Source of the DNA: Felis catus
Taxonomy: Eukaryota
Assembly (NCBI RefSeq): GCF_018350175.1
Contig: NC_058368.1
Coordinates: 46,750,001-46,814,000 of the forward strand
DNA: 64,000 bases
Direction of reading: 5' to 3'
Position numbers and translations under genes: made by a program. Shown piece after piece: positions 1 to 12,715 of this stretch (position 1 is the stretch's first letter; each line of letters opens with the position of its first letter). The notes beneath the pieces are model-generated. The model saw only the letters and a list, made by a program, of their open reading frames with translations, ran no database searches and had not been told where the DNA came from.

Positions 1-3000
1 TCCTTCAAATTTGAGAATTTCTACAATCTAAGACTAACATTTCTTAATTATCATTAATTTTAATATGTCTTTTGTGTTCTGTTATAAAAGAGAATAATAA
101 AAACTACGTCAATTTTGATTATGTGTTTCAAAATTTAATGTGTTTATAGTGATCAACTCTTCGTTAAATAAATATCATCTATATAAAATATTTATCAGTT
201 ATTCTAAATACATTTGCATTTATATTAGAGTAATGGCAAGAATAAAAAGCTTTTGTGGAAAAACATTTCATCTGAAAAATTTTAAGCAATGTTTAAAATA
301 CAAATATGTGAGTTTATAAATCAGGTTGGTTAACAAAACAATGAGCACAGTACTGACTGCAAAGGAAATCTCATTCTAAACAATGCAGCCAACCTAGAAA
401 AAAGACACATGAAAAGAAAGAAATTACTGAAGCTATTACACATATGACACACCCAGCTGGGAGTCCAGCTGCTCAAGGAAGCTGGTGGTTCTTGATCTTT
501 GGGAATTCCTAATTAGAATATAAGTTGGAAATATAATAGAAAACATAAAAGAAAAAGAAATATAATATTAGTTTTAGCTCTTGTTTTGTGTCTTTAAATG
601 TTAGCAAAGACAGAGTTATAAGAGCTAAGTAAGCAATAAATAATTTTTATAACTACTGACTTTTGATGCCAATTATACTTTATCAAACTTTCCAATATTC
701 CATCACATATTTATCCCTACTTTCAGAATAGGCATGGTTACCAATAGCTTGTGAACTGTAGGCTGCATTCTAGAGCTGCTGTATATGAATCAAATGGCAT
801 GCACTTAGGATGCATTTATATATTCCTTAAAAAGCAGATTTTTCTTCCATTTGGCGCTCGCTACATACTTCTCTAAAGGTTTTTGCAATAGATGAGCCTT
901 CATAGGATTATAAATCATAGCATGCTAGAATAAATGCTATAGAAATTGAATACATGGTACAGTATTTCGCACGGTGATAATCACCTATAGCCTGAAAGCA
1001 TATAAATATGTGATTAATTTATATTTTTATTTTAAGGAACCCAAATAAATGTGTGCCCATATATTCTGTTATTTATGGTATTTCAAATTACTCCTTTACA
1101 GGTTTATAGGACTAATGTGACCTTCCCAAGATCTATGCTAGCAAAAGTAAAAGATCCAAATAATTTACACAGAAAATTAAAATGAAAACAAAATCAAAAC
1201 TGTAACAACTTTTACTTTTACACAATTGTCTGGATATTTGAGGTTAATCATGTTTAGGTTTAATTTCAAGTGGATTATTGCCTTTATTCTCTATGTCACT
1301 GCTAACGAACCGTATTTTCAAGGTTGATCAGTATGCAAGACAATGTATTCTCTGATTGATCAGTATGCAGGGTTGGATTACTCCAGAGAACATTTGGGCA
1401 TTTTCACTATGTCCTGTGGATTAACCTGCAGAGTATGCATTTTGGAGGGCAGGTACTAAGGGAGGAAACAAAACTGACTTAATGGTCTGGCACTGTGGAA
1501 GTTTGATCAACTCCCTGAGTGGAGGTCGAGCCATCTCATGAAATCACTTGCCATATGACAATAATCCTAAGATCTTTGGAAAATAAATGGGCTTCATTGT
1601 CATGGTAGAGCAATAAAACTGATTAAACAAAAAGTAGTGGCATTAATTTTTTGTTTTTAATTATGGACCATATTGATACTTATTCAGACAACAATTTTCT
1701 AATGGTAGTAGCTGTTCCATGTTTGTGTGATCATTTTAGGAGTGGAAATATATGGGTATCTACTGCATTATATTCTACAGCAATGATTTTAGATTTTTTG
1801 GTGTAGGTAGTGGAATTCTTCAAGAGATTTCTGTCTTTGCACACCCTCCTGCTGGTCTTCCTCCTATTAGATGAGAAGTCATGTGAGGCTTTCAGTTGAA
1901 TATCTGGGGCTTTTCCAGATTTTTAAAAATCTTCTGCAAAAGGAAGGAGAGAAGGAAGGAGATTCTCAGAAATCCAGTGTAACTTCCAAAAATTAAGTGA
2001 AAATTAAGTATTCTACATTCTAGGTTTAATCTTATTTAAGGATCTTTGAATAACAGTTGAATTTTCACTTATTCTTTTAATTAGCTTAAATCTTTGAAAT
2101 AGGATAACCTCAAAAAAAAAAAACCCAACAAATTGGGGTAAGGGGAAGATAAGTAGGGCAAATTTTAAAGTATATGTTTTATTATCTCTCATAAGAATGA
2201 CATGCTAATATAAAAAAAAATGCACCTGTGGAATCTTATAAAAAATGAAGGGGTGTAAGAGTGCTGTATGCAAGAAATCTAGAGAGACATTTGGAAGTGA
2301 ATGTTAACATTTTCCTCAATTTGCATTGTGAAACAAATACACAAAATAGAAGACTCTTTTACATCAAAATATTGATTTAATTGAAACATAGTCAATCAAC
2401 AATTATTGAACACTATGGTTGGAGCAACCGGTTGTAGGAGGGTGTGGGATAACTATACTTCCTTTTCAAGGCCATCCATCATGAGCTCCAAAAGAGGACC
2501 TGGGTAGAAAAAGAATCCCATTAATTGTAACAATAACAAAAGTTGTTTTATCTGACTTCAGCCTTCACTTCTACTGTGGAAAAACCCCTTTCAAAAGCAA
2601 ATACATTACCTAAGAAAAGCTGACACATCAACCCCCATTGTCATCCACTAATACGTTACCATTTTATCTCATGAACATCGTTGGTGAATAATGGTAAGAG
2701 TTCATGAAAAAGCACATTAATATGGAAGACAAGAAAGGTGTTGAAAGGGATTCTAGATCAACACAGGAGAAAAATTTCTTTTACCTAAAATTTGACTTTT
2801 TGACTGACTTTACCTCCCCTGGCTAAACTCTAAGTCTGATTAGAGTTTTGATTCTTATAGTTAAATGGAATAGAAAGTGGAATGAGTTTTGTTTTTTTAA
2901 CGACAGAGACACTTACTGTCTGGATACACTTTGGAATCAGGAATTAAGACCTTTAGCCAAGTAGATCTTACACACCAAAAACAAAGAAAACCAGAAATAC

Positions 3001-3596
3001 TGACCAAGCCCAAGTCAGTAGCGGCGGGAACCACAGTAGATTTGCTCTTCAATTGGTGCTGCTGCTGGGGCACTTTTCAAAACCCCACAGGCCTCCCTGG
3101 AATGCTGGCAGCAGGAGCACATGGTCCCCTTCAGAGCAGATTTTTCTCACTACTGCACCCTCTGCTTTTGCCTCAAAGCAAGAGCTTTTCTCTTATATTC
3201 TGCTTCCTCAAATACTTGGCTCACTTATGACCCCCACTCCTCATCACACCTCCTCTACAGAATGGCCTCTGTCAGTATATTCTTTCAGTTATTTCTCCCA
3301 CTACCAGTGCCTTGATTTCCTTTGACATTCCAAATTCCTGTCCCATAAGTCAGAATCTCCATTTTTCTTGGGGTAGAGCCATCCATAAATATAGTCAGAG
3401 TCATTTCCCTTAGATCAAACTTTGGCCTGATGAGTACAAGAGTACAAGAGTGGTAAACTAGTGGGAGACTAGTTTATTTTTTCCACTACTATTGTGATTT
3501 AGATCCCTTAAAGTAGGCTTGAGGCTTAAATGTTAAAATCATGGTCCCTGAGAGCTGACATACATGTTTAGTGACACTTAAAATATAATCAGGTTA

Positions 3597-3833
3597 GGGG
3601 CGCCTGGGTGGCTCAGTAGGCTGGGCCTCCGACTTCAGCTCAGGTCAGGATCTCATCCTTGTGGGTTTGAGCCCAACACTGGGCTCTGTGCTGACAGCTC
3701 AGAACCTGGAGCCTGCTTCGGACTCTGTGTCTCCCTCTCTCTCTGCTCCTCCCCTGCTCGCACTCTGTCTCTCCCTCTCAAAAATAAATAAAATAAAATA
3801 AAATAAAATAAAATAAAATAAAATAATAAAAAA
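3597..3833 (+). mobile_element. Can-SINE (SINEC_Fc-like), full length, (AAAAT)n tail
   Basis: GGGGCGCCTGGGTGGCTCAGT head, B-box-like segment, CT-rich tract, (AAAAT)n tail; TSD tataatcagg(t/c)tag on both sides. Confidence 0.95.
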
Positions 3834-4344
3834 GTATAATCAGGCTAGTGATTCATATGATGTGGTAATATGGTAATTTTGGCAGAAACAAATTGGGATT
3901 GACTGTAAAAGTATTCTCATTTCCCTGAGAGAAAGAACGAGAATTGTAGTGCAATATACAGAAGTTCTTCCAGTGCAAAGCCCATAAAGAAAGAATTTCT
4001 TCTTGGGGCAACAGGTAGGACACAGTGTTTGAAGTAAGCATTGAAAGTGACAATGTTGCCCCAAAATGTGAAGTATTATATTAGAGCCAGTTGCTAGAGC
4101 TACAGAAATACATAGTAGTTTCATAGTAGTCTATGAAATACATAATAGTCTCACCTAAAATGGAATTTTTGAATAACTGCAATCAGAGAACATAAAAATA
4201 TTTTTAAATGGGCATAAAAAGCTAAATAAATGGAAACAACTATTGTCTAGAAGTCTAAATGGAACATAGAACAACATAAGATACGGAAGATGAATAGATG
4301 ACACACCCAGAAAAAACAAGTTAAGTAACTGTTTAAAGGAAGGA

Positions 4345-4525
4345 GGGGCACCTGGGTGGCTCAGTCAGTTAAGCATCCCACTCTTGATTTGGGCACAGGT
4401 CATGATCTCATGGGTCGTGGGATCGAGCCCCACATTGGTCTTCCACTGACCGCTTGGAATTCTCTCTGCCCTCCCCTGCTCTCATTCTTGCTCTCTCTCT
4501 CAAAGAAAATACACTTTAAAAAAAA
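4345..4525 (+). mobile_element. Can-SINE, older subfamily
   Basis: GGGGCACCTGGGTGGCTCAGTCAGTTAAGCATCCCACTCTTGAT head, CT tract, A-rich tail. Confidence 0.92.
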
Positions 4526-5459
4526 TGGAGGGGGGGAGACATTTTCTATAGGTATAACACTATGATAATTACTAGTGAGACCAGATTCAAAGTGGCTGTC
4601 AAAATCCTTCTATATACTATTTACCATTGGTTGAGTAAACTAGTTAAAATTGGTGAGTTTATATGGCTCTCAATAGATTGTATAAGTTCAGGTTTCTTAA
4701 ATTTGAGTAAATTTATTTAGATAGGCTTTACATGATAGAACAATTTTAAGCTTTGCTACAAATATATTTATTAGTTAAGGAAATATTTTTTTCTAGATCA
4801 TCTTCTGTGTTAGGCACTCCATGACACATTGATGAAACATAGGTAAGTAAGACATACTCACTGTCCTCAAGGTATTCATAAGCTATTAAAGATAATTAGT
4901 ATTATAATTCTTTTGGTTATAAGTAAAAAAAGAAAAAAAATCACAAACCCAAACTGGCTTACACTAAAGAGATTTTGAACTAAAGCACTATCACCAAAAC
5001 TGAAGAGTTGATGATTGTTTGTTCTGATGGGATTCATTTTTAGCCTCAACATAACAATGAGCTGCCAGCTCCTTGAAGCCTTAGTGGTCCCAAATATTAC
5101 ATTCTCTAAGCACCAAGCCAGCAGAAGAATTGGAGTCAAAGACCTGCAATTCCCAGCAAAGTTCCGAGATTCTCTTCAACCAGTCCATCCATGAACCACC
5201 TTTTTCAAAAGCATGCATGTGCAGGTGTTTTATGCTGGCATTTCCTGAAGACAGTAGGAGAAATTTATCACTGTGATTAGGAATGTTAAACAAGCTGATT
5301 GCCTGAGGCTGATGAGAGCCTCTCTTAAGATGCGGGTGTGGTAAATTCCACTCTAAACTTTGAACAAGGAAATTTGGGATCTGGTTAGGAAAGGGGAGAA
5401 GGAAAGAAATTCTGTTATTCCAAAACAAGTTTGCTCTAGAGATTACAAACAGAAGACTA

Positions 5460-6132
5460 AAAATGTTATGTATTCAGTGTTGTGGTAAATACAAACGCAA
5501 GTGTCATGGCAGGGTGGAAAAGAGAGACATGACTTCCCTGACTATGTCAGGTGAGAATTAAAAGATGGGTCCATATTAGTTAGGAGAAGTGAAGCTGAGA
5601 GTGGGAGAGCATTCCAGAAAGAGAGGGCGGCATGAACAAATACACAAACCAAAGTGAGGATAATAAACAGTCCAGGAGAACAGTAAGTCACTTCATGATG
5701 CTAAAGAATAAAATTAGAACAGGGAAGAGTGGGTGATGAAGCCAGAGATATCTAAAGGTGCCAGGTTATTGGAGGCAATGTCATGGTAATGATAATTAAT
5801 CCTGTGAGTGTTAGAGATCCAAAAGGAAAATTTCAGAATACAGGATAGAATCAAATTTGTTTTTAATTCATTGATGCTGCCTAGTGTGGAGGATGGCTTT
5901 AAGATGATCACGAATAATGGCAGGAAGACCAGTAACGATATTATAATGGTCTGGATAAAATTGATACGGGCCTAAAGTAGGCTTCAATGATAGTAAAAAT
6001 AGAGACAGAAACAGAACTGAGAAACTATTTAGGAGGTAAAATTTACTGGATATGGAAATTAATTGGATGAGGGAATGAGGGACAGGGGTTGGGGAGACAT
6101 CAATGATCTGTCCTGGATTTCTACCTTGGTTG
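5460..6132 (-). mobile_element. LINE-2 (L2) fragment
   Basis: Purine-rich degenerate segments typical of antisense L2 3' region (e.g. gcattccagaaagagagggcggcatgaacaaa, tttaggaggtaaaatttactgga); continues past the MER58 insertion. Confidence 0.6.
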
Positions 6133-6140
6133 CCCTAGAT

Positions 6141-6360
6141 CAGGGATTGGCAAACTTTTTCTGCATAGGGCCAGATAATACCTATTTTAAGGTTGCAGGT
6201 CATAAAATCTCTGTTGCAACTCCTCGGCTCTGCTTTGTAAGTGCAAAAGCAGCCAGAGATAATATGTAAATGTGTGGGGATGATTATGTCCCAATACAAC
6301 TTTATTTTCAAGTGGGTGGGCCAAATTTGGCTCTCTCTGGCTGTGGTTTGGTGATTCTTG
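6141..6360. mobile_element. MER58A-like hAT-Charlie DNA transposon (MITE)
   Basis: Terminal CAGGGATTGGCAAAC ... GTTTGGTGATTCTTG inverted ends; internal aaagcagccagagataatatgtaaatg and ccaatacaactttattt; 8-bp flanks ccctagat/ttctagtt resemble the Charlie NNCTAGNN target. Confidence 0.85.
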
Positions 6361-6963
6361 TTCTAGTTGAAGAATGGTTTCATTACTAGCTAAAAAAAAA
6401 AAAAAAAGGAGAAGGAGCAGAAGCAGGAATCTTGGACTTCAGGAGGTTCCTGTTGGTTGTTGAATTTAACAATATCTGCAGAAAATTCGTTAGGATTTGT
6501 ACACAGGTGGTTGAGTGTGGAAGGGGTGTGTGTATGATCAGGACATACATACTTTAGATTCTTCAGCATAAAAATGATTTGAAATCTTGACTCTGGATAA
6601 AATTACGTAGCATGGTGAGGAATATTTTTAGAACAGACCACTAAGAATGAATGGTTTTACAAATTTCTGTTCTAGATGCTAAAGATACAGAAGAGAGCAG
6701 TACAGGCATGGCTTTCATTCTCCTGGAGTTCTCAGGCTAGATGGAAAAGAAATGTTTGAAGGGATGTCTCGAAAAGTCACTCTACCTGAAAACCGTAACC
6801 AAAATTGTGGCGCCTTTGCTGTCCAAACCAGGTAAGCAATGCCCTTCTAAAAAGATGCCTTAGTATGCATCAGTTCTGTGTGCATGTGTACCTCAATTAT
6901 GTACCTCAGTTTGTGGCATCACAACACCTGAAGAACAGAGAGATAATAAAATGAATAGAAATA

Positions 6964-7008
6964 ATGAAATGAAATGAAATGAAATGAAATGAAATGAAAT
7001 GAAATGAA
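6964..7008 (+). repeat. (GAAAT)n pentanucleotide microsatellite
   Basis: About 9 tandem ATGAA/GAAAT units read directly. Confidence 0.95.
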
Positions 7009-7204
7009 AAGAGTATCCATACTAAGCAATGTTGCATGCCTGATCAATTTTATCCTTCATGATCAATTTCATTGTAAGGATATCCATATTATTATACCTT
7101 TGATTTAGGTATTACTAAGGTGTTCCTAAGTGGGAAATATAATGTTAAAGACATTCAATGATTTTCCTATTGTTATTTTTCTAGTATTTAAAAGAACCAA
7201 AAAA

Positions 7205-7456
7205 ATACATATATATACATATGTATGTATATATATATGTATATATATGTATGTATATATATATGTGTATATATGTGTGTATCACATATATATATGTATG
7301 TATATGTATATACATACATATGTATATATATGTATATACATATGTATATGTATATATATGTATATACATATGTATATGTATATATATGTATATACATATG
7401 TATATGTATATATATATGTATGTATACATATACATATATATATACACATATATATA
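7205..7456. repeat. Compound (TA)/(TG)/(CA) low-complexity microsatellite
   Basis: About 250 bp alternating purine-pyrimidine tract; explains the Y/I/M/V/C-rich ORFs at 7130-7590. Confidence 0.97.
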
Positions 7457-7696
7457 TCTCTCCATGCTTTTCCAAAAGTAAATATGGTGATTTTCGATTA
7501 GGCCTTATTGCTTCACTATTTAAATTAAGGAAGCCAACACTGAAGATATTTAAAATGATCCTTTATCAAATTTGGAAAGAAGCAATGTAGAAATGCAGAT
7601 ATTTCCACATTTCCCAGTTAGGAGACATTGTGAGGAAATCTGTCATAGAGCTATTTCTTAAAATCATGGAGAAAGTTTTTAAAATCTCTCATTTTG

Positions 7697-7895
7697 GGGG
7701 TGCCTGGGTGGCTCAGTCAGCTAAGTGTCTGACTTCGGGTCAGGTAATGATCTCAAGGCTGGTGAGTTCAAGCCTTGTGTTGGGCTCTCTGCTGTCAGCA
7801 TGGAGTCTGCTTTGATTCCTGTCTTCCTCTCTCTCCCTGACTCGTGCTTTCTCTCTGTCTCAAAAATAAATAAAAACGTCAAAAAAAATTTTTTT
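7697..7895 (+). mobile_element. Can-SINE
   Basis: GGGGTGCCTGGGTGGCTCAGTC head; tail; TSD aatctctcatttt (7683-7695 / 7896-7908). Confidence 0.95.
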
Positions 7896-8687
7896 AATCT
7901 CTCATTTTATTTTTGAGCCACATCTCTTCTTGCTGATTTGCTTTGAAGAGAAAAAACTCAGTGATCTCATTGTTTGGAGAGTTAATGGAGTGTAGATGGA
8001 CTCAATGGGCACTTTTCTATAGGCTGTGCTCCTGCCTTTGTCTTTGTGTTGCTTCCTGTGGTTGGCTTGCCTCCCTACACAAAAAAAGCAAACAGACCTC
8101 AAGTAGATCTTGTATATCTGTTGATATTGCAAAATATAGATCTCTAAATGAGCTCTCTCTTGCAGGGATAACAGATAACAATGGCTTCATTGTTCAAATA
8201 CGAGTTTCTCCCAATTAAATTTGGGAATCAATAAAGAAATAGAGGAAATATTTCTTTGCTGTGACACCTTATTATTACATCAACTTTTGTGAGCCACATC
8301 TGTGGGCTGAAACCTAATGGAAAGCAGAGCCAGAAAGATTCTGGAAATTGGCAGGATCTGATGATCCAAAGAGGCGAGTAGGAACTGTAATGTGTGTGTG
8401 TATGGGGGAGGGGGGTGTAGGGACAAGGAGACTCCTGGAAGTGCTCAAATCCAAACAGAGCTGCATCTTGTTAAGTAAATTTACCCACCAAAAAATGACT
8501 TACTGTGAAGGATAATGCCATTTTAGTTCCTAACTTAAAACCTCTATGGTTTAATGTGTTGAAGAAACTATTACATAACATATTGGAAACATATTTAGAA
8601 AGATTTACTAACTTCATGCTAAATAAACTCTCAATAGTCACTTCTAGTGATTTCTAGAATATAATGTGAGGAGGTTGAACAAGATGA

Positions 8688-8800
8688 CTTTTGAAGTCAG
8701 GTAGACTATAGTTCCAATCCTAGATCTATCATCACAGGCTATGTGACTTTAAGTAGCTAACTTAGGCCCTCTGAGCCTCAGTTTCCTGAAGAAAAATGAT
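8688..8800 (+). mobile_element. MIR SINE fragment
   Basis: MIR core-like tgtgactttaagtagctaacttaggccctctgagcctcagtttcct. Confidence 0.75.
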
Positions 8801-8821
8801 AATCAAACCTCTGGTAAACCT

Positions 8822-9418
8822 GAGTAAGCTAAATGCTTGACAGATAAACCCCAAACTTTACTGTCTTAAGATAACAAAAGTTTTTGTTTCACTCACTTAA
8901 GGATCTAACATGGGTGTCCCTGGTTGGGCAGCATTCCTGAGCGTTTCTTCTCAAAGGGGCAACTCGGCAGCCCACACTCTTTCCATATTGTGGCTCTGCC
9001 CTCCCCTACATCCTTAGAGTCCTCTCTACTCAGCTGGCAGATGGAGGGTGGTCCTTGAGGAGATTTTGTAGGTTTGACTAGAAAGGGCAAACACTACTTC
9101 TATCTATATTCCACTGGACAGAATTCAGTTGCAAAATGACTCCTAATTTGGAAGGCTGGGAAAGATTATCTAATTGTCCAGCAAGAAAAGTACTGGAACC
9201 AGGGTGAAGCAAACGAGGTGCCTAGGATGCAAACTTAAGGTACCATTTGTTCCCAACATCAGGCAAGTGAAGGGTCTTTTAAGTGCAGGACTGGTATCTG
9301 CAGCTACCTAAGAGTGAGTACCTCCTTACATTTTCATCCCTAGACACCTCTCTTGCCTCATTCCAGTCTCTGCCCAAAGGAAACAGTTTAAGGAGGAAAT
9401 AGCTAGTTGCTGCCCATA
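8822..9418 (-). mobile_element. MLT1 (J/K-like) MaLR solo LTR, interrupted by MER91
   Basis: Motifs ttccatattgtggctctgcc, cagctggcagatggag, cttctatctatattccactggacagaattcagt, ggctgggaaag; resumes at about 9376 (aaaggaaacagtt...gctagttgctgccca). Confidence 0.65.
9190..9375. mobile_element. MER91-like hAT-Tip100 MITE
   Basis: Imperfect long inverted ends: agggtgaagcaaacgaggtgcctaggatgcaaacttaagg versus ccttacattttcatccctagacacctctcttgcctca. Confidence 0.7.
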
Positions 9419-10949
9419 TCTATCTACCTATCGGGACTACATAAATAAAATGTCTGGTGCCCCATGCTTCTTTCGTTATCACATATAGAAAAAAAATGAT
9501 TCCTCCTTTTTTTTCATTCCAATAACGTTGTGATAATTACACTTCTATAGTTTAAAAAAACCACGGCAACTATCCCCTACTTAAAGTGTGCCAGTTTGGT
9601 CATTCTATATTATTTTAAAATACAGATATTTAAAACTTAAATAATGTTAAAATTCTTGACAGCCTTTATTCCAGCCATTAAAATATTTAGTGGCAGGATA
9701 CGAACTAGCCAAAACAGTATACAGCCCCAGAGATTTTCTGAAACTTAACTTCTTTGAAAACAAGTTTTGGTCCGTACATCTTGATTTCTTAATAGCTGTT
9801 GGACTCACAGCATTTCTCTCAACCACTGCTCCCTTAAAATTCAGTGAGGCATTGTTAGGGCGTGCTTTCCCATAATGAATGCATTATAGTAATCGTTACA
9901 GGAAAGAAAAGACAAGAATGGCTGTAGTGTAATCTTCAAAATGTTTACATGGCTCTAATGTTGGTCATTTTAGGGAAACTGCCAACAGGCTCATGAAGCT
10001 GTAAACATGCATTCTGTATTTAGAGAAGTAGTTTAACTTTCAGGATAGCCAATTCCAACTTCAGTTTATCTTGCTTTATGTACAGAAGAGCTGTTTGAAT
10101 TTTGACAGCTTATGAGCAAACCATTCTACAAAATGTGGCTGTTGATCAGCTATGGAAAGAAGAGGATGTTCTGTGAAAAGGCTGCAACTGAAACTAGTTG
10201 CTGTTATGAGTTGATGAAGTTTTTATTGTTAATTAAGTCTGGAAGAATCTCTTCCTCTGTGAAGACTACAGAGATCCAGAGTGATGCTGTTGTTTTGTTT
10301 TTGCCTTTCTTTGTCTGGAAATTTTGCACTTGCCATTGATAAATTTATTTGTTCAATTGGCAGACATCAATTTATGTATTATGTCTTTCTGGGGGCCTAG
10401 CAATGCACTGGCTGATTACAAAGGCATAGCAGATTGGGATGGACCTTGTCCTCGAGAAGCTTCTGGCTGAGTAAAAGATAGGAACGCGTACCTATCTAGC
10501 TGTGCTGTGTTGTGGGACATCTAAGTGCCACGAAAGCATCAAGATAGTGTCCCCCACACAGGGGAGCAATATGTGGTTTTTTTCAGAGATGGCATTTGAG
10601 CTGGAGGAAAACTCAACCTTTGAACATATAGAGATGATGGTACAGTGTGGTAGCGGTGACATGGAGGGTGCAGAGAAACAATACGAACAAAGATACATTA
10701 GTCAAATCCTCACATTAAGGATTTGTTTTCCTAAGCACACTTACATTATAATTAATAAGTTTTAAATCGATATTAGTAAAGATCTCCGATATATTATCAT
10801 AGTGTCATACACAGAGCACCATTGGTTCTCTTTATAACCACAGAATCAGAACTTCCCTGGCCTAACAGCTTTAACACCAAGTGCTCCGCAAACTCTCATG
10901 TTTTTTTCTGGGTCCTGGAATATTTATCAAATGATTGAATGTACTTACA

Positions 10950-11310
10950 ACCTTGCTTGACTTTGAAGAAAATCTCAGACATCATACAATTTCATGCTTA
11001 AATATTTTGGCATTTATGGCTGAAAGATAAGAACTCTTTGTAAATAACACCCACAAACCATCATCACATCTCAAAAATTAATGGTAGTTTCTTAATATCA
11101 TCAAATGTTGAAGAAATAAAATTTCCCCAACAATCTCAAACAGTTTTTTATTGAGATTATTTACTCAAATCAAGATGTAAGCAAGGTCTGTGGATTATGC
11201 GTGCTTGATATATGTCTTAGGTCTCTTTCGGGATACATGTTCCCCTTGTAAATTATTTGTTGAAAAACTAGCATCCGTGTGAGTTTCTCACATTTTATAT
11301 TTTACTGATT
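10950..11310 (-). mobile_element. Old L1 3' UTR fragment (L1MC4/5-like)
   Basis: ccatcatcacatctcaaaaattaatggtagtttcttaatatcatcaaat; aatcaagatgtaagcaaggtc; attatttgttgaaaaact. Confidence 0.6.
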
Positions 11311-11415
11311 ACAGAGGCTAACTGATTTGACACAACTCTGAGTGAGAAGAAACTAACAAACTGAGCAGCCACATTCCTCCATTTACTCTCTCCTGTGCTA
11401 TAAACTATGACCCTT

Positions 11416-11613
11416 GGGGTGCCTGGGTGGCTCAGTAGGTCAAACATCTGACTTCAGTTCAGATCGTGATTTCACGGTTCCTGAGTTCGAGCCCCATATT
11501 GGGCTTGCAGCTGTCAGCACAGAGCCTACTTCGGATCCTCTGCCTCTCTCTCTCTGACCCTCGCCCACTCACACTCTTTCTCTCTCAAAAATAAACACTT
11601 TTATTTAAAAAAA
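11416..11613 (+). mobile_element. Can-SINE
   Basis: GGGGTGCCTGGGTGGCTCAGT head, gagttcgagccc B-box, tail; degenerate TSD tatgac(c/t)ctt. Confidence 0.95.
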
Positions 11614-11760
11614 TATGACTCTTATACTTCAGCAATGTTCGAACAAAGACTCAACTTCTCCCAAACTTCGTCTCTGTCTCCAAGACTATTACTATGTTTT
11701 TCTGAGTATCTCTTGGTTCCAGGCTAGAACCATTCACTTCTTCAGCTAAAATCACCCCTG

Positions 11761-11922
11761 AGTGGGGGAGGGGCAGAGAGCAAGAGAGACACAGAATCTG
11801 AAACAGGCTCCAGGCTCCCAGCTGTCAGCACAAAGCCCAATGAGGGGCTCGAACTCATGAACCATGAAATCACGACCTGAGCCGAAGTCGGACACTCAAC
11901 CGACTGAGCCACCCAGGCACCC
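11761..11922 (-). mobile_element. Can-SINE lacking its 3' end and poly(A) tail
   Basis: Reverse complement of the head (gccacccaggcaccc) to the CT tract only; no T-rich tail on the left. Confidence 0.92.
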
Positions 11923-12502
11923 TCTTATTTTCTAAATCTAATGCCTACATCTGTTCTAGCCCTATCCTGGGGTTTTACTGCTCCTGTTCAACCTAATGAA
12001 TCTTGTACTTGATTCTAAGTTCTTCACCTGTCACTTTGCTTTCTACCTGGTTGATCCTACACTCTACTTGTCTTTGGACCACAAACAAGGTCTTTGGACG
12101 TTGTGCTCTCTCTTTCTACTCAAAATCTTATTTGCTGTTCTTTCCAGTTTAGTTATGGCAGTTCTCAGTTTTGTAACTTCAGTTTCTTCATGAGAATAAA
12201 GCAACAAAAGCATGGATGGATACACACATTTATATGTGTATAAATTTACCATTTACAAACAATGCAAATGTACATATCACTATTCTAAGATTCAAGTTCA
12301 GCTTATTTTCTAAACAAAGAAAGGAAAAACTCATATTACATGTTAATAAAAGAGGATTGAATTTGTTTATTGTCCAGTTGATAGAAAAAAATTCAAATTC
12401 TAGACTTTGAAACCAAACTTTGCAAAGCAAAACCCCTTTGGCTTGCTACTTCCCCCAGTACCTTCAATACGTGCCACAAACATTTATATGGAGGATGGAT
12501 CC

Positions 12503-12503
<1 letters not shown>

Positions 12504-12540
<37 letters not shown>
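12504..12540 (+). repeat. (TG)18 microsatellite
   Basis: Direct reading. Confidence 0.97.
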
Positions 12541-12541
<1 letters not shown>

Positions 12542-12715
12542 CCCTAAGCAAGAGTATGACATTAACAGTGGCTGTGGCTACATGAAAAGAGCTTTCCTAT
12601 GGTGATTGTATTTATTAGCCAAGTATTATGATGTGTTGACTGATAACACTTTTGGAAAAGAAAATACATTTTGATTTTTAAAATTAAGAAGCCATATATA
12701 TCATATGGCATGCAT

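Noticed and set aside
2931..3325. Overlapping 99/90/64-aa ORFs and a possible 50-nt minus-strand exon at 2917-2966
   Set aside because: The two longer ORFs start at TTG, none shows recognisable homology, the acceptor is weak (AAG), and no exon chain links them
7130..7590. Five overlapping ORFs of 86-123 aa on both strands
   Set aside because: Translations of the TA/TG microsatellite (Y/I/M/V/C repeats); no coding signal
10109..10176. Protein-looking frame YEQTILQNVAVDQLWKEEDVL* after tttgacag
   Set aside because: Only 21 codons, weak pyrimidine tract, unrecognised; compatible with chance
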